A stretch of DNA of 64,000 nucleotides from an uncultured delta proteobacterium (GTDB lineage: Bacteria; Myxococcota_A; Polyangia; Polyangiales; Polyangiaceae). Below, one piece after another: positions 1-10,822 of the stretch (position 1 is its first letter; every line of letters begins with the position of its first letter). Both the position numbers and the translations under genes were made by a program. The notes under the pieces are model-generated. The model did no database searches. It had not been told where the DNA came from and saw only the letters and a list, made by a program, of their open reading frames with translations. The stretch spans positions 160,001-224,000 of the forward strand of contig CAVOKF010000001.1 of assembly GCA_963696385.1 (NCBI GenBank). Reading direction: 5' to 3'.

Positions 1-2022
1 CCATTCTGGCTTTGGACCGGAGCCCTCGTCGTAGGGCTCCTACTCATCCTGCGCGTTCGGAGCGAGCGCCTGACGACACGCGCGATCGCCGAGCTCTTGG
101 GCGCGCGTCTCATCCACGCGCGAGCGATCCCCTCGCTCACCCGTCGAACCCTGCGCGTCGCGGCGGTGTGCTTCGCGGTCGCCATGGGGTTCGTTGCCTT
201 GGCGCGCCCGCAGAAAGGAATGCAATGGCAAACGTTGGACCGGCACGGGACCGACCTTCTGCTGGTGGTCGATACGTCCAAGAGTATGAACGCGGATGAC
301 GTTGCCCCCACACGTCTCGAGCGCACCAAGCTGGCCATCCGAGATCTGGTCGAACGATTTCCCGGAGACCGCATCGGCCTCGTCGCGTTCGCGGGCGATG
401 CCTTCGTCGAGAGTCCCATGACGCTCGATCACGACGCTCTTCTCGAAACGCTCGGTGCCTTCGACACATCCATCATTTCACGCGGCGGGACCGACGTGGG
501 CCGGGCCATCGACGTCGGACAGGCGGCATTGAACGCGGAGTCGGCCGATGACAAGGTGATGGTGCTCCTGACCGACGGCGAAGATCTCGAGAGCCGGGGG
601 CTCGAGGCCGCCAAGCGCGCCGCCGAGGCTGGGATCACGATCCACACGGTGGGAGTCGGCACGGCCGCCGGCGAGCTCGTTCCGGCGATCAACGACCGGG
701 GAGTCGCGGTGGGCCTCATGCGCGACGAGAACGGGGCTCCCGTTCGATCGCGCCTCGACGAAGCAGGCTTGCGGGCCATTGCTCAGGCCGCACACGGCAC
801 GTACCGGCCGCTCGGTGCCGACGGACGCGGCCTCGATCGGCTCTATGCAGAGACGCTTGCACCGCTTTCCCACACCCAGCAAGGAGCGCGCGTGAGGCGC
901 GTGTACGCCGAGTGGTTCGCGGTCCCTCTCGCGTTGTCGCTCTTCGGCATCGTGCTCGATGCACTGCTCGGATGGCGACCGCGATCGCGCGAACGCGCGA
1001 AACGCCCCCCCCTTGGATCACGGCTCGCTCGCCGCGGAGCCTCGGTGGCCGCGGTGGCGTCGATGGCGCTCTTTTCAGCCAGCGCGAGCGCGTCGGTGCG
1101 CGACGCGGAGAAGGCGTACGCAGCAGGACGCTTCGAGGATGCGGCGCGCGGGTACGAGGCCGAGCAGGCGCGCCATCCGGGTGACGCACGACTCGCCATC
1201 GACGATGCCGTGGCGGCGTATCGCGCAGGGCACTACGATGCGGCCGAGGCGGCCCTCGGTCGAGCGCTGCCGCTGGCCGACCCCAAACTGCAGCAGCGAG
1301 TCCTCTACGACGTGGGGGATGCTCGGTACCGTCTGGGTGCGACCACGCTCAGCGACGCCCCGGACAAAACGATCGAGCGCTGGAAGGCCGCCATCGCCGC
1401 GTACGACGGAGCGATCGCACTCGCCCCGGCCGACGCGGACGCGCGCTTCAACCGTGACTTCGTGCAACGCAAGCTTTCGGAGTTGGAGAACAAGCAGAAG
1501 CAGCAGCCGAAAGAACCGCCGAAGGACAAACCTTCGAAGGGTGATTCCAAAGGCCAGGACTCGCAGAAGAATTCTCCCGCACAGAGCGAGAAGGATTCCA
1601 CGGGCCAGGACTCGAACAAGGACCAACCCGCACAGAACGGCGGAGCGAGCGGCACGTCGTCGGATGGAACGTCGCATCCGAACGACACGAAGCCGAACGG
1701 CACGTCGGGCGGAGGCGGTTCGCGCGGCCAGAGACCCTCCGGCGCAACACCGGGCGGCGACTCACCCGACGGCCCGCGACCGGACCCTGCGGGCGCTCCC
1801 GGTCCTGGCGGCAAGGACCCCCGCAGCACAACGAGCTCGTCGACGCACGTCGATCCCGGCAACGCAGGAGAGTCCGATGGTTCGGGTGCGGCTCCGGGAC
1901 ATCTCTCGCGGCGCGATGCTCGCGCGCTTTTGCAATCGCTCCGAGGCGAAGAACGTCGCGGCGTGAATTTCGGTACAAGGGCGGCGCCGCCCAGCGCGGA
2001 TTCGCCGCTCAAGGATTGGTGA
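1..2022 (+). CDS. VWA (BatB-like) + TPR (BatC-like) fusion protein, 5'-partial
   Basis: Frame is open from base 1 (PFWLWTGALVV...). MIDAS motif DTSKSM, LLTDGED, TM helix, TPR repeats, ARFNRDFV, low-complexity Q/K/S/G tail ending KDW as in Bat-operon proteins. Confidence 0.85.
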   Translation, partial: PFWLWTGALVVGLLLILRVRSERLTTRAIAELLGARLIHARAIPSLTRRTLRVAAVCFAVAMGFVALARPQKGMQWQTLDRHGTDLLLVVDTSKSMNADDVAPTRLERTKLAIRDLVERFPGDRIGLVAFAGDAFVESPMTLDHDALLETLGAFDTSIISRGGTDVGRAIDVGQAALNAESADDKVMVLLTDGEDLESRGLEAAKRAAEAGITIHTVGVGTAAGELVPAINDRGVAVGLMRDENGAPVRSRLDEAGLRAIAQAAHGTYRPLGADGRGLDRLYAETLAPLSHTQQGARVRRVYAEWFAVPLALSLFGIVLDALLGWRPRSRERAKRPPLGSRLARRGASVAAVASMALFSASASASVRDAEKAYAAGRFEDAARGYEAEQARHPGDARLAIDDAVAAYRAGHYDAAEAALGRALPLADPKLQQRVLYDVGDARYRLGATTLSDAPDKTIERWKAAIAAYDGAIALAPADADARFNRDFVQRKLSELENKQKQQPKEPPKDKPSKGDSKGQDSQKNSPAQSEKDSTGQDSNKDQPAQNGGASGTSSDGTSHPNDTKPNGTSGGGGSRGQRPSGATPGGDSPDGPRPDPAGAPGPGGKDPRSTTSSSTHVDPGNAGESDGSGAAPGHLSRRDARALLQSLRGEERRGVNFGTRAAPPSADSPLKDW

Positions 2023-2026
2023 ACCC

Positions 2027-3535
2027 ATGCACCGTCGAGTTGCCGTTGTCGGCGCCGTCCTGATGGCAGGTCTGGTCGCCACTCTCCAGTCGCCCGCGAC
2101 CGCGGCGTCTCCCTCTTCGGTCGCGGCCGTAACGGCTGCCACGCACCGCCCCCGAGCGTCGATTTACCTCACCATCGGGCGCGCCAGCGGATGGGTCGGG
2201 CAGGCCATCCCGATCACGGTGAGCGCCCGGTTCCGAGACGTGGAGGGCGTCACGCTCGAGGGAACCCCTCAACTTCAGTCCGATACCGTGTTCACCGCCG
2301 ATCTCGCTCGAGAGCCGCGCCAGTCGACCGAGATCACCGACGGAGAACCGATCCTCGTCGCCACTTGGGCAGGGACGATCACGCCCTCGACCGCGGGCCC
2401 CCTCGCCCTTTCCGTCGAGCTGCCGGTGCGCATTCGTTTCCACGAACCCGTGGCCCAAGCGCCGGCTGTCCACGACTCGTGGCAGGGGGATCCTTTCGGC
2501 GATCTGGACATCGATCCCTCCAACCCGGCAAGCATCCAGCGCCTGTTCCAGTCGTTTCAGCGGTCGTTCGCTCAGCCCTTCGAACCGTCGCTCGGACGGG
2601 CGCACGACGATGCCATCACGCTGAAGGCCGCGCCCGCCCCGACCGAGATCAAGGCTCTTCCGGGTGCCGGTCAGCCCCCCTCCTTCTCCGGCGCCGTCGG
2701 ACGATTCGACATCCGGGCATCCGTTGCCGCAACCCAGGTCCGCACGTCCGAGCCGGTCACGCTGAGAGTCACGGTCGAGGGTCAAGGCGATCTCGGCCGC
2801 GTCGATTTGCCCGGGATCGAGACGTCCGAGGATTGGAAGGCCTATCCCACGACCTCCAAGGTCGAAGCCCAACGCGGTGGGAGGCTCGGACGAAAGATGT
2901 TCGAGCAAGTTCTCATCCCCTTGCACGGCGGAAAGCTGACGATTCCGTCGGTCGCGCTCTCCGTATTCGACCCGATCGCCGCGCGGTACACGACCCTGCA
3001 GACGGCACCGCTGTCGATCGCGGTCGAGGGCGCACTCGCGCCGGCGCTTTCCGTCGCTTCACCGACGCCCACGGCCTCCCCGTCCCCCGTCGCGGCCACG
3101 GACCTTGCTACGCCGGTCGCCGCGGAGCCTCCGTCGCCACGATCGCTCGTCGAGAGTCCCACAACGTTGGGTTGGCTTCTCACCCCGGCTCTTGCGGCTC
3201 CCTTGGCGGCCCTCGGGATCGGGCTCTGGCGGCGACGCGATGAGGAGAAAGCCCTTCGCCAGACGCTGCGCCGCGCCGCCGCGCAGGGCAAAGTCGGCAC
3301 GTTCTTCGACGCGGCCCGCCGACTCATCGCGGTCCACTTCGCAAAGCGCTGGGGAATCCCGGAGGCCGAAGTGAACGGCGAATCTCTCCGAAAACACCTC
3401 GGTCCGACCGCCGACCCGCTGGTCGCGGCACTCTCGGCGGCCGACGCGTTGCGCTTCGGTCGGCGCACTCTGCAACCAACCGATCTCGACAACGTGTTTA
3501 TGTCCATCGAGGCCAGCCTGAGGAGCGCACCATGA
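2027..3535 (+). CDS. BatD family protein
   Basis: Signal peptide, FSGAVGRF motif, Ig-like repeats, C-terminal TM; follows the VWA/TPR gene. Confidence 0.8.
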   Translation: MHRRVAVVGAVLMAGLVATLQSPATAASPSSVAAVTAATHRPRASIYLTIGRASGWVGQAIPITVSARFRDVEGVTLEGTPQLQSDTVFTADLAREPRQSTEITDGEPILVATWAGTITPSTAGPLALSVELPVRIRFHEPVAQAPAVHDSWQGDPFGDLDIDPSNPASIQRLFQSFQRSFAQPFEPSLGRAHDDAITLKAAPAPTEIKALPGAGQPPSFSGAVGRFDIRASVAATQVRTSEPVTLRVTVEGQGDLGRVDLPGIETSEDWKAYPTTSKVEAQRGGRLGRKMFEQVLIPLHGGKLTIPSVALSVFDPIAARYTTLQTAPLSIAVEGALAPALSVASPTPTASPSPVAATDLATPVAAEPPSPRSLVESPTTLGWLLTPALAAPLAALGIGLWRRRDEEKALRQTLRRAAAQGKVGTFFDAARRLIAVHFAKRWGIPEAEVNGESLRKHLGPTADPLVAALSAADALRFGRRTLQPTDLDNVFMSIEASLRSAP

Positions 3536-4212
3536 GCCGGGACAAGAATTCTAGGGGTCGAACGAAGCTCGTTGCGTTCATCGCGGCCGCATGCCTCGCC
3601 TTCGGGGGAATCGGTGCCTTGGCGGCTCGCCATCTCTCGGTGGCGAGCGCCCAAGCTCGCAGCTGGGTGAATCAAGGCCAGACCGAGCTTGCCCGAGGCG
3701 ATCGGGCGGGGGCGGTCTTGGCGTTCGAGCGCGCGCGGCTGCTGTCACCCCGATCGGATTTCGTGCGGGCCGCACTGGTCGCGACGGATGCCCGGGACCC
3801 AGAAGCTTCGGTGGACCGCGCGGTCCGCTGGATCAGCCCGCGCGAATGGTTTTCTCTGACCGTGGCCTTCGGATGGGTCGCGGGCGTCAGCATCGCTCTC
3901 GAGATCGTGCGAAGGCGCCGAAGTCCGTTGGTTCGCCGCGTCGCGTTGGGCTCAGGCGTCGCCTTGCTGCTCAGCATGGGCGGCTTCGCGCAATCCAGCC
4001 TCTCTTCACGGGTGTTGGCCGTCGTCACAGGCCCCACCGGCGTTCTCGTCGCCCCCTACGACGCGGCGGGCGCGTCCGCCGACCTTCGCGCCGGAACGGT
4101 CGTCGTCACGGGTTCACGCTACGGTGGGTTCGTGCAGGTGCGTGGCCCCCACGATGCGCATGGATGGGTGCCGTCGAGCGCCGTCCACTTCGTCGTAGGG
4201 GCAAGCAGCTGA
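3532..4212 (+). CDS. BatE-like TPR/SH3 membrane protein
   Basis: AVLAFERARLLSPR TPR, two TM segments, C-terminal GWVP SH3b-like motif; ATGA overlap with batD. Confidence 0.7.
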   Translation: MSRDKNSRGRTKLVAFIAAACLAFGGIGALAARHLSVASAQARSWVNQGQTELARGDRAGAVLAFERARLLSPRSDFVRAALVATDARDPEASVDRAVRWISPREWFSLTVAFGWVAGVSIALEIVRRRRSPLVRRVALGSGVALLLSMGGFAQSSLSSRVLAVVTGPTGVLVAPYDAAGASADLRAGTVVVTGSRYGGFVQVRGPHDAHGWVPSSAVHFVVGASS

Positions 4213-4264
4213 AGGAAAGGGGACGCCAAGCCCCCTCCCTTGAATCCTCGAGGACTAAACAGCC

Positions 4265-4699
4265 ATGTACGCGCGAATTTTAGTACCCACCGACGGCAGC
4301 GCATGCAGCGACCTCGCGATCGGCCATGGCGTGGCGATCGCCCGAGCGATGGGGTCCACCGTCACCTTCTTGTTCGTGATGGATACGCTCGGCGCCCGCT
4401 ACGAAGGCGTGGTGAACATGGCCGAAGCGCGCGACGCGCTGACGGCTCAGGGACAGGCGATCGTGCGGCGTGCCGAAGAGACGGCCGCCGACGCGGACGT
4501 ACGCGCGGTCGGGGAGCTGATCGAGGGCACACCCGCCGATGCGATCGCAAGCCGATCCGCGGACTTCGACCTCGTCGTGATGGGCAGCCATGGCAAAGGG
4601 CTCCTGAAGCGGCTCACGGTCGGCTCCGTGACCGAGGCCGTTCTGCATCGGATCGCGCGTCCACTTCTGCTCGTCCGGTGCCCTGAAGAGCGAGGGTGA
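4265..4699 (+). CDS. Universal stress protein
   Basis: ILVPTDGS ... LVVMGSHG ... GSVTEAVL Usp signature. Confidence 0.93.
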   Translation: MYARILVPTDGSACSDLAIGHGVAIARAMGSTVTFLFVMDTLGARYEGVVNMAEARDALTAQGQAIVRRAEETAADADVRAVGELIEGTPADAIASRSADFDLVVMGSHGKGLLKRLTVGSVTEAVLHRIARPLLLVRCPEERG

Positions 4700-5017
4700 A
4701 GCGGCAAATGGGCGTGCGGCATGGGCTCGGAGGCAGGTGCGCCCGATCGCACCGTGATGCATTTCGCCCGCCCTCGCTGCCGCACTCTCGCGCGAGCGCG
4801 CCTGGCCAAGTTGCTCGAGCAGAGCAGACGGACGAACCTGCCTCGCGAATTGCGAATCGCAATCTGCGATGGGTCGGATCGCGCGAACGTGTGGCGCGAT
4901 GCCACAGCCGTGACTTGTCGCATCACGCCGCTCATGCCGCTTTTCCCGACAGGGTTACGCCGGGGAAAATGGACGGGCGGCCATTCCATGGACCGGTCGC
5001 GTCGATCGTTGTTTGTA

Positions 5018-5032
5018 AGGTACGCGTCTTGC
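5018..5032 (+). promoter_or_regulatory. Putative sigma54 -24/-12 promoter
   Basis: AGGTACGCGTCTTGC (GG-N10-GC with TTGC) upstream of 5131. Confidence 0.55.
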
Positions 5033-5130
5033 AGTTTGCGTGTCGAGCCGGCTTGCGCCAGAGGTGAGCTCTGGGCAGTGGACCCGGCCGACACGGCAAC
5101 GAAGCACACACCCAAAGAACGGACGCCCCG

Positions 5131-5646
5131 ATGAGTGACAAGAATGCGGCAGTCGCAATCTACGAGTCCCACGCGCTGGCTGAAGCCGCAGTGAAGGAGC
5201 TTCAGCGATCCGGTTTCAACATGAAGAGCATCTCCATCATCGGAAAGGACTACCACACCGAGGAGAACGTCGTCGGCTATTACAATACCGGCGATCGGAT
5301 GAAGTATTGGGGCAAAATGGGGGCCTTCTGGGGCGGATTCTGGGGGCTCCTCTTCGGAAGCGGTTTCTTTTTCATTCCTGGGATCGGCCCCATCCTGGTC
5401 GCGGGCCCGATCGTGACCTGGATCGTCGCCGGGCTGGAGGGCGCTGCGGTCGTCGGCGGCATGGGCGCGCTGGGGGGAGCTCTCTTCAGCATGGGGATTC
5501 CCAAGGACAGCGTCGTCAAATATGAGACGGCCCTCAAGTCCGACAAATTTCTCGTCTTCGTGCACGGCACTGCCGAGAACGCGGCGAAGGCGAAACAGAT
5601 TCTCGACAAGGCGAGCGCCACGGAGACGACCGTGCATCTTGCCTGA
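5131..5646 (+). CDS. General stress protein (17M/YflT-like) with Gly-rich membrane hairpin
   Basis: AEAAVKELQRSGF, ISIIGKD, GAFWGGFWGLL, IPGIGPILVAGP, MGIPKD motifs. Confidence 0.8.
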   Translation: MSDKNAAVAIYESHALAEAAVKELQRSGFNMKSISIIGKDYHTEENVVGYYNTGDRMKYWGKMGAFWGGFWGLLFGSGFFFIPGIGPILVAGPIVTWIVAGLEGAAVVGGMGALGGALFSMGIPKDSVVKYETALKSDKFLVFVHGTAENAAKAKQILDKASATETTVHLA

Positions 5647-5901
5647 GCGAAGCCGTTGGTCGACGTTCGGCGTGCCCCAAGCAGGACACGCCCCTTGCAG
5701 GAGACGCCTTGACGACTGCACTCCAACGAGGCCGCCGCGGCAATCAGGCTCTCGAAGCGGCCGCATAACGGCGAAACACGAGTTCTGGCGAAGCGGGAGA
5801 GGCCGGCCCACAGCTCGCGTGGCCTCTCGGGGTTAGCGTATCCAGCAGGCTCATCCGGCTTTTCAGCCGGTGTGGCCCCTCTCGACGAATTCCGAGGCGT
5901 C

Positions 5902-6441
5902 ATGAACCACTGCATTCCCGTCGTCGTCGTCGCGCTCGTGTCCAGCGTTTTGGGCGGTTGCGCCACGCAACAGCCACAAAGCCCCGCGGCGGGCTTGACC
6001 GAGCCGATTCACCCGCCCGTTCCGCCGAACTTGGGGACGGGGCCTGGGACGGCGGAGATCGAAGACATCGGCGGGCCGTACAACATCTATGTCTCGGAGA
6101 CGATCCGCGTCTGCTCCGGGCCCGATCCCTTCTTCGCCTTCGATGTCTCCAAGCCGATGGGGGGCGACCAGCCGACCATGAGGAATCTGATCGCGTGCAT
6201 GGTCTCCGGACCTCTGCAGGGCAGGACCATCAAGCTTATCGGCCACACGGACCCGCGGGGGACCGGCGCCTACAACGAGCAACTCGGGCTCCAGCGCGCC
6301 GAAAAAGTCAAGAAGTTCCTCGTCGCGAGCGGCACCGACCCGGCGCGCATCCTGATCGCGTCGATGGGTGCGGAAGACGCAGCGACTGGACCGAGTTCGT
6401 GGCCCGCAGACAGGCGCGTTCAAATCGAGCTCGTCCCCTGA
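5902..6441 (+). CDS. OmpA/Pal-like peptidoglycan-binding lipoprotein
   Basis: Lipobox VLGGC; GHTDPRG..YNEQLGLQRA..V and DRRV OmpA_C motifs. Confidence 0.88.
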   Translation: MNHCIPVVVVALVSSVLGGCATQQPQSPAAGLTEPIHPPVPPNLGTGPGTAEIEDIGGPYNIYVSETIRVCSGPDPFFAFDVSKPMGGDQPTMRNLIACMVSGPLQGRTIKLIGHTDPRGTGAYNEQLGLQRAEKVKKFLVASGTDPARILIASMGAEDAATGPSSWPADRRVQIELVP

Positions 6442-6673
6442 CGTGGACTTCACGGTTCTCGTCTCGCCGCGGCCGCAGCTCGTGGTCGCGCCAGAACGGC
6501 GAAATCGCGACCGACTCCACCGGATGCGTCATCGGCCCATTCCGGCCTCCTATCGAACCGAGCCGTTGCGCGGCCAAATCCTCGCATGGCTGACGGTCGG
6601 CGGCTCCCGCTCTTCCGCCGCGTGCTCGTCCCCTCGAAAAGTTGCGGATCGCGTCGCGACGAGCCGCGTCGAC

Positions 6674-8872
6674 TCAGCTCGCCCCGATGTCGCCTCGTGC
6701 GTTCGGGTGGGTCAGAAGGTCGACGTAGTCCGCCAAGATCCGCTCCCCTTCGGACAAGACGATGTCGTCTGCCGCGGATCGGTCGTTCGGAAGCGGGTCC
6801 AGGTGGCTCGTCGCCGGGGACGACACCGGATCTGGGTCATTCGTCCGCGCGACGGGCGGTGGAAGGCCCGGCTCGGAGGCGTTTTCGAGGGTGATCGCGT
6901 ATGTGGTGGGCCGCGTCTCCCGAAGGCCTCCGTCCGCGCGCTCATCGTGACGCGCCTTGTCCAAGGCGAGCTCGTGGCGCCGGTCCGCTTCGTTCAGTGA
7001 AACGGATTTCGTGGCCAGCCGTTGCCTGAGGCGGGCGATGTCGTCCGCCAGGTAGCGGAAATCCTTGTCCGCCGCGACCCGTCGGGCGGACTCGTCGCGC
7101 AGGCGGGCGACATAGGGCTCCACTCGGTTCAGACGTTCGTACGAGGCGGACGGTACGGCGTCCCACGGCAGCGGGTTCTTCAGGGCCGACTCACTCACCT
7201 CGCTGATGTCGCTCGTCGACGGCAGCACGATGTCGGAGGAGACGCCGCGCAGCTGCGTCGAGGCGCCGCTCGGCCGGTAGAACTTGCTGATCGTGACTTT
7301 GAGGGCACCGGGGTCGTAGGAGTGTGCGAGGCCTGCCTGATCCATGATGCGTGCGAGCGGCAGGATGGTCTGCACCGTGCCCTTGCCGAAGGTCGAGGAA
7401 TCGCCCACAACGAGCGCCCGCCCGTAGTCCTGCAGAGCCCCCGCCAGGATCTCCGTGGCAGACGCGCTGAATCGGCTGGTCAAAAGGACCAGCGGCCCGT
7501 CGTAGGCCACGCCGGGATCGGTGTCGGCACCCACCTCGATCTCGCCGTTCGGGTTGCGCGTCTGAACGACCGGCCCCTGGCGAATGAAGAGCCCCGTGAG
7601 CGTGATCGCTTCCTCGAGCGATCCGCCGCCGTTGGTCCGGAGATCCAACACGATCCCCTCCACGTGCTCCGCCTTCAACTTGCCGAGCAGCCGTGCGACA
7701 TCCGCGGTCGCGCTGCGGCTCCCGGCTCCCGCGCCGTCGCCCCTGTCGGCATAGAACGACGGGAGGTCGATGACACCGAGTCGACGCGTCGCGTCGCCCT
7801 TGCCCGTGGGCAGGTCCACGATGCGGGCCTTGGCTTCCTGATCTTCGAGCTTAACCTCGTCGCGCGCGATCGACGCCGTCTTGAGAGGGAGTGCGCCGTC
7901 CGCGCCGTCCGCAGGCAGGATCTGCAGCGTCACAGTCGAACCCTTCGGACCGCGGATCAATTCAACGGTTCGGGAAAGTGGCATGTTCGTGACGTCGACG
8001 GGCTGCTGGCCGGCTTGCGCCACCGCGACGATGCGGTCGCCAGGCTTCAGAAGACCGCTTCGCGCCGCGGGGCCGCCCGGGACCAGGCTGCGAATCGTGC
8101 AGTAGCCTTCCGCGTTCTCGAGCGTGGCGCCAATGCCGAACAGCGACAATTTCATGCCGATGGCGAAACTCTCCATCTGTTCGTGCCCGAGATAGTCCGA
8201 ATGCGGGTCGTAGACATGAGCGAGTGCGTCCAGGTAGACCTCGAGCCACTCGTCGGGCTTGACAGCCTTCAGGGTCTGCAGCTGCTGCGCGTATCGGTGC
8301 GTCAGCGTGCTCGCGATCGTCTCCGGTCTCCGGTCGCCCAGCTTTTCTTGCAAGTACTCCGCCCGGAGCTGCTCGAGCCAGAGTTTTCGGGCCGCGGTCA
8401 GGTCGGCCGGCCGCGGCGCGTGCCCGCGATCCAACGAGTCGACGTCGTGTCCCGTGAAGTCGAATGTCGTGGTCCGCAGGGTGTCGGCCACATAAGAAGC
8501 CCGCTGATCCATCCGTGTTAGAACCCGCGCAAAGATGGCCTCGGCCGCCCGGGTGTCGCCTGCCGCTCGGGTGGCCTGCGGCAGCGTCGCGCGGTTCGCG
8601 GCGAATTCGTCGACGTCCGTTTGCAGGAAGAGCGAACGCGTTCCATCCAGGGCATCGAGGTAGCGATCGAGCAAAGCGCCGGCCAGATCGCTGTCGAACG
8701 GGTGATGCGCGAATTGGGAGTGTTCGAGCAGACTGGTCGTCAGCCGGGTGATATTGGCCTCCGTCGTGCGCGTGTCTGGCTCGGCGGCCGAACGACGCCC
8801 GAGTCCGGTCGTGGCAAAGACCACAACGAGGGCAAGAGCGACCAGAGGGGAGGCAAACTTTCGAAATTTCAT
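6674..8872 (-). CDS. prc: Carboxy-terminal processing (tail-specific) protease, S41A
   Basis: DPHSDY, PDZ domain, DLRTNGGGSL, SASATEILAGALQDYGRA, TFGKGTVQ, STQLRGV; start chosen at MKFRKF signal peptide. Confidence 0.9.
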   Translation of the reverse strand: MKFRKFASPLVALALVVVFATTGLGRRSAAEPDTRTTEANITRLTTSLLEHSQFAHHPFDSDLAGALLDRYLDALDGTRSLFLQTDVDEFAANRATLPQATRAAGDTRAAEAIFARVLTRMDQRASYVADTLRTTTFDFTGHDVDSLDRGHAPRPADLTAARKLWLEQLRAEYLQEKLGDRRPETIASTLTHRYAQQLQTLKAVKPDEWLEVYLDALAHVYDPHSDYLGHEQMESFAIGMKLSLFGIGATLENAEGYCTIRSLVPGGPAARSGLLKPGDRIVAVAQAGQQPVDVTNMPLSRTVELIRGPKGSTVTLQILPADGADGALPLKTASIARDEVKLEDQEAKARIVDLPTGKGDATRRLGVIDLPSFYADRGDGAGAGSRSATADVARLLGKLKAEHVEGIVLDLRTNGGGSLEEAITLTGLFIRQGPVVQTRNPNGEIEVGADTDPGVAYDGPLVLLTSRFSASATEILAGALQDYGRALVVGDSSTFGKGTVQTILPLARIMDQAGLAHSYDPGALKVTISKFYRPSGASTQLRGVSSDIVLPSTSDISEVSESALKNPLPWDAVPSASYERLNRVEPYVARLRDESARRVAADKDFRYLADDIARLRQRLATKSVSLNEADRRHELALDKARHDERADGGLRETRPTTYAITLENASEPGLPPPVARTNDPDPVSSPATSHLDPLPNDRSAADDIVLSEGERILADYVDLLTHPNARGDIGAS

Positions 8873-9080
8873 AGCGACTCCAAGGGCTCCACAGATGAAT
8901 GCCGCAGTAGAAATACGGAACGCGCCTCGGGAGGGAGGCTCGACCGTCACACAACGGGTTCCATCCTGGGTCTGGCCGATGACCCGGGCCTTGCGAGGAG
9001 ATGACAAGCGTGAAGGGATGCGGACGGCGCTTTCGTTACATCCCGTCAGTCGCTCCGGTGGCGGGGGGCGTGCTAAGTCT

Positions 9081-9293
9081 GGGCGGCGTCGAGCCATCGA
9101 GTTGCAAACCAAAGAATTCACCTTGCTCGAATGCTTGATGCGCCATGTTGGGCGCGCCGTCTCCAACCACTTCGATCCCCAGACCCACGTCGTGGACGAG
9201 CTCGTGAGCCGTCTGAGCGGCGAGATCGGTCGCGATTTTTCGCCGAGGCTCATCGACACGTTGCGCGGCGGTTATGTCCTCCGGGTCGATTAG
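9081..9293 (+). pseudogene. OmpR-type response regulator remnant (winged-helix part only)
   Basis: IELQTKEFTLLECLMRH..FDPQTHVVDELVSRL..IDTLRGGYVL; no receiver domain and an apparent internal deletion. Confidence 0.75.
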
Positions 9294-10689
9294 TCCGCGC
9301 CGGCCGCTGCAGGCCGCCGCGGCCACGCGCGCGACGGGGCCTCGTACGTGGCGATCGTTGGGGGCGCGGCTCGCACTTTGGTACGTGCTCGTCACCCTCG
9401 GCTCGTTTCTCGCCGCCGCGGCCGTCTTTGCCCTGCGCGTGCAGTCCTCGGTGCAACAGCAAGGTCAGCGCTCGGCCGAAAGCGCGCTGCAACGATACCG
9501 CCTCGCGCTTGAGAACGGGGGCGTCGCCGCACTCCAGGCGATGTTCGATTGCTCGTCGGGCCCCGGGCCCAGCATCGCGGTCCGGTTGACCGACGAGCGG
9601 GATGTCGAGTTGTTCGGCATTTCATCGGACGAGGCGTCCCGTCGCGTCGCCGCGGGTTCCTCCGAGCGCGGCGCGCAGGCAGCCGTGCCGATCGAGTGGC
9701 ACATTGCACGAGCCGAAGTGTCGCAGAGGCGACGCCTGTCGCTCGCGCTGCGCGATGAACCGACCCAACTGCTCTGGCGTGAGTTGCGAAAAACCTCCTG
9801 GCTCATTTTCGGTCTCGGACTCGGGCTGTCGATTGTCGGTGCGTTGATCATCACGCGACGAACTCTGCGACCGGTGACCGATTTGATGCGAGCGACCCAG
9901 CAAATCGTGGAGTCCGGTGACCTTCAGCTGCGCGTGCAGACGCGCGCGTCCACGGACGAATTGGCTCAGCTCACGCAGCTGTTCAACCGCATGTTGGCGC
10001 GCATCGAAGCGCTCGTGAAGGCCATGCGCGAATCGCTCGATTATGTCGCTCATGACCTGCGAACGCCGCTTGCGCGCCTCCGCGCGGGCGCGGAGCTCGC
10101 TCTCCGCCGTCCGGCTGAGGACACCCGCGCGCGAGACGCCCTCGCAGAGGTCATCGATGAATCGGACCGGATCCTCCGAATGCTCACCACGTTGACGGAC
10201 ATCGTCGAAGCCGAAGCGGGCGCAATGCGGCTTGACAAGCGCATCGAAGACTTCGGCACGATTGTCCGCGAAGCCGTGGTGCTCTACGATTTCGTCTCGA
10301 AGGACAAGGGCGTAACGGTCGTGACACACATCGCCGGGGACGCCAAAGTCTTCGCGGACCGCCGCCGCCTTTCGCAAGTCTGCGCCAATCTCATCGACAA
10401 CGCCATCAAGTACACCGCGCCAGGAGGGCGCGTGGAGGTCGCCATCGCTCCGGACGGGGATTGGACGATCCTGCGAGTGTCCGATACGGGAATCGGCATC
10501 GCGCCCGAAGATTGAGATCGTGTCTGGGACCGACTCTTCCGGGCCGACCGAAGCCGTGGGGAGCCCGGGCTCGGACTGGGCCTTTCGCTGGTGAAGGCAG
10601 TCGTCGAAGCGCACGGGGGGGAGGTGCGTCTCGAAAGTACGCTCGGCGCGGGATCGATGTTCGAGGTTCGCTTGCGACGCGCGCCCTGA
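9274..10689 (+). pseudogene. HAMP sensor histidine kinase interrupted by in-frame TGA at 10513-10515
   Basis: HAMP, H-box AHDLRTPL, N-box NLIDNAIKY, DTGIGI; after the TGA the same frame continues DRVWDRLFRADRSRGEPGLGLGLSLVKAVVEAHGG to the stop at 10689. Confidence 0.85.
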
Positions 10690-10822
10690 CACGGACTCGG
10701 ACGTGGTCGGGTCCGCTTCTCGTTTGGGCAAGAGGCAAAAGGTCGCGGCCAAGGGGGCGGCGACGCCGGTGATGGCCTCGGCGGTCGATCGCGAAGGAAC
10801 CATCCTTGCATGAGGCCCAGCC

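Noticed and set aside
5683..5698. Further sigma54-like sites (5683, 57888, 63621)
   Set aside because: Wrong spacing or missing the invariant GG/GC.
10513..10515. Selenocysteine or recoded TGA
   Set aside because: Not a Cys position in histidine kinases; other genes use TGA as stop; the partner regulator is also degraded.
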